A stretch of DNA of 64,000 nt from Ascidiella aspersa (Eukaryota). The translations under genes and the position numbers were made by a program. A model generated the notes under the pieces. It ran no database searches, was not told where the DNA came from, and saw only the letters and a program-made list of their open reading frames with translations. This document shows, piece by piece, positions 62,477 through 64,000 of the stretch (positions are counted from its first letter, which is position 1; the number at the start of each line of letters is the position of its first letter). The stretch is from NCBI GenBank assembly GCA_963924565.1, contig OZ004610.1, forward strand, positions 2,418,001 through 2,482,000, written 5' to 3'.

Positions 62477-64000
62477 CTTATGATATGCAAACTTCCAAAT
62501 TGTCTGTAAACAATCTATGGGGTGGACGACATTTTAATGGGGAATTAATAACCTTTCGCGCGAAACGCTGCTATTCAACCGCTCACCCGAAAGAACAAGA
62601 AAGTCACGTTGAAGAGGGAACGACTTAACGAGGCTAAAGTTCGCCTTTTGGACAAGTTAAACGGTTTCATCAAATCGATTAATTGTAAAGCGTCTTCAAT
62701 TGTAAAGCGTCTGAGCTTTTTCTTATTTGCTTTAAAAATGTAAAATTAAACCTCAATAGGCTTTGGCATTTATTATACGCCTTTTAGAAAAGATGTACAA
62801 TTTTGTGACACACGTGTAAAGGTTTTTTCCTTCAACTCAGCTTACTTCATTTAAATACCCCTATTGACTTATATGAAATCTTTTTGCATGTAAATGTGCA
62901 GCAAACAAAGGGTTGTAATGGTGCACCGATGATAAAAAAGGACCACTGGCCTTAGGAAAACCAAAAATGGTGTAATATTTGGCCTCTATTTTAAACTCAC
63001 GGCGTCATACCACCCCATGAAGGCTTGTTTTTGCCTTAACTCTAGCAAAGGGCTACTATGGATTTTTAAACTATGGTTTAGTTACTTTAGAAGCCCATAT
63101 CGACAAAGGGGTAATTGTAATGGTACACTGATAAAAGGTTTAAGGAACCCTGTGGCCTCTATTTTAAACTCATGACGTCATAGCACCCCATAAAGGCTTG
63201 TTTTTGCCTTGGATCAAGCTAAGGGTTGCATACTCACACTCCATTGTGGCTGGTGTTTGAAATAAGATTTATGATTGAATTGTCGGGTTCGTTTCGCGTG
63301 TGAAACTGCGATCCGTCGGGATTTGGTGGAAAAAATCGCGTGAGAACCGAGTTCGAAGGATTCCAGACCTTACTTGCTTATCGCGCCTCCATCAGCGGAC
63401 CAACAATGGCGGCGAAAAAAACGCCGGCGCGTCGACAATAGGTGGTGTCCTTTACAATGAGGCAAGGATTAACACAATAAGTTCTACTAAGCGGGGACGC
63501 GTATGACTGGAACTTCAACCTGCCGAGCGTTTTAAAGCGTTGAGCAATGCTAAGTAGGCTTGTCTGAAAGTTTACATTTAGCTTACCGGAGCCTGTTATA
63601 AGCCAATACTACCAGAAGCTCAGTCAACAGAAGGGAAAATATTTTCGAATCGGCTGAACGATTTCACTTCAACAAAAGATAATCCTTTAACTGTTGTGGA
63701 CTTGTGTGGCCGGTTCCGACACGTATAACGTTGTTTAGCGTCCGATTTTTTTCTAAGCTATATTCCGGGGCCAATAACACGCAGCGATTGACAACGTTTG
63801 TGGGAGATTTTGGTGCAAGACATTGCTGTACCAAGTCTCAAGTTTGAGTCATATCACTTGGATTTGAAAAAATATTGAACTACCGAAATCTGTGAACTTT
63901 TCCTACTTCGCGCCAAGCGAAGCTTAGCAAGTCCTATAAAAGCTACTGTTTTACAATTACTTTATTTCATTTCAACAAAAAAATTGAAGGTAAAGTCAAT

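Noticed and set aside
56564-64000. Next ADAMTS exon (TL..FC.WQ) and the HExxH zinc site
   Set aside because: Not found by eye, so presumed beyond the window. The 9-versus-20 assignment and catalytic competence therefore cannot be confirmed.

Overview
AT-rich, CpG-retaining eukaryotic (metazoan) genomic DNA. It is probably from an ascidian tunicate, but that is inferred from gene style and repeat content and is not proven. There are two protein-coding genes, both on +. The first is an intronless WD40 gene of the GNB1L/Asa1 family (1748-2737). The second is the 5' part of a large ADAMTS9/20 (GON-1-type) metalloprotease gene: five phase-compatible coding exons (26419-56563, 512 codons) covering the signal peptide, an unusually long 447-aa pre-pro region and the start of the M12B catalytic domain, plus a probable spliced 5' UTR from about 22.4 kb. 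The gene continues past the window end. Intergenic and intronic DNA carries many hAT-type and other MITEs, a palindromic 28-bp minisatellite, a decayed non-LTR reverse transcriptase and a tRNA-derived SINE relic. The most notable signal is a ~110-nt repeat family present about 11 times. It has 11-13 bp target-site duplications, fold-back insertions and a consensus that reads as a minimal type-I hammerhead ribozyme with a U3-A8 core variant directly ahead of a recurrent short ORF, i.e. a candidate Penelope-mobilised ribozyme mini-element. A second candidate is an unassigned, highly structured ~260-nt RNA-like segment upstream of GNB1L. Nearly all other ORFs in the supplied track look spurious. 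All alignments and folds were done by eye.
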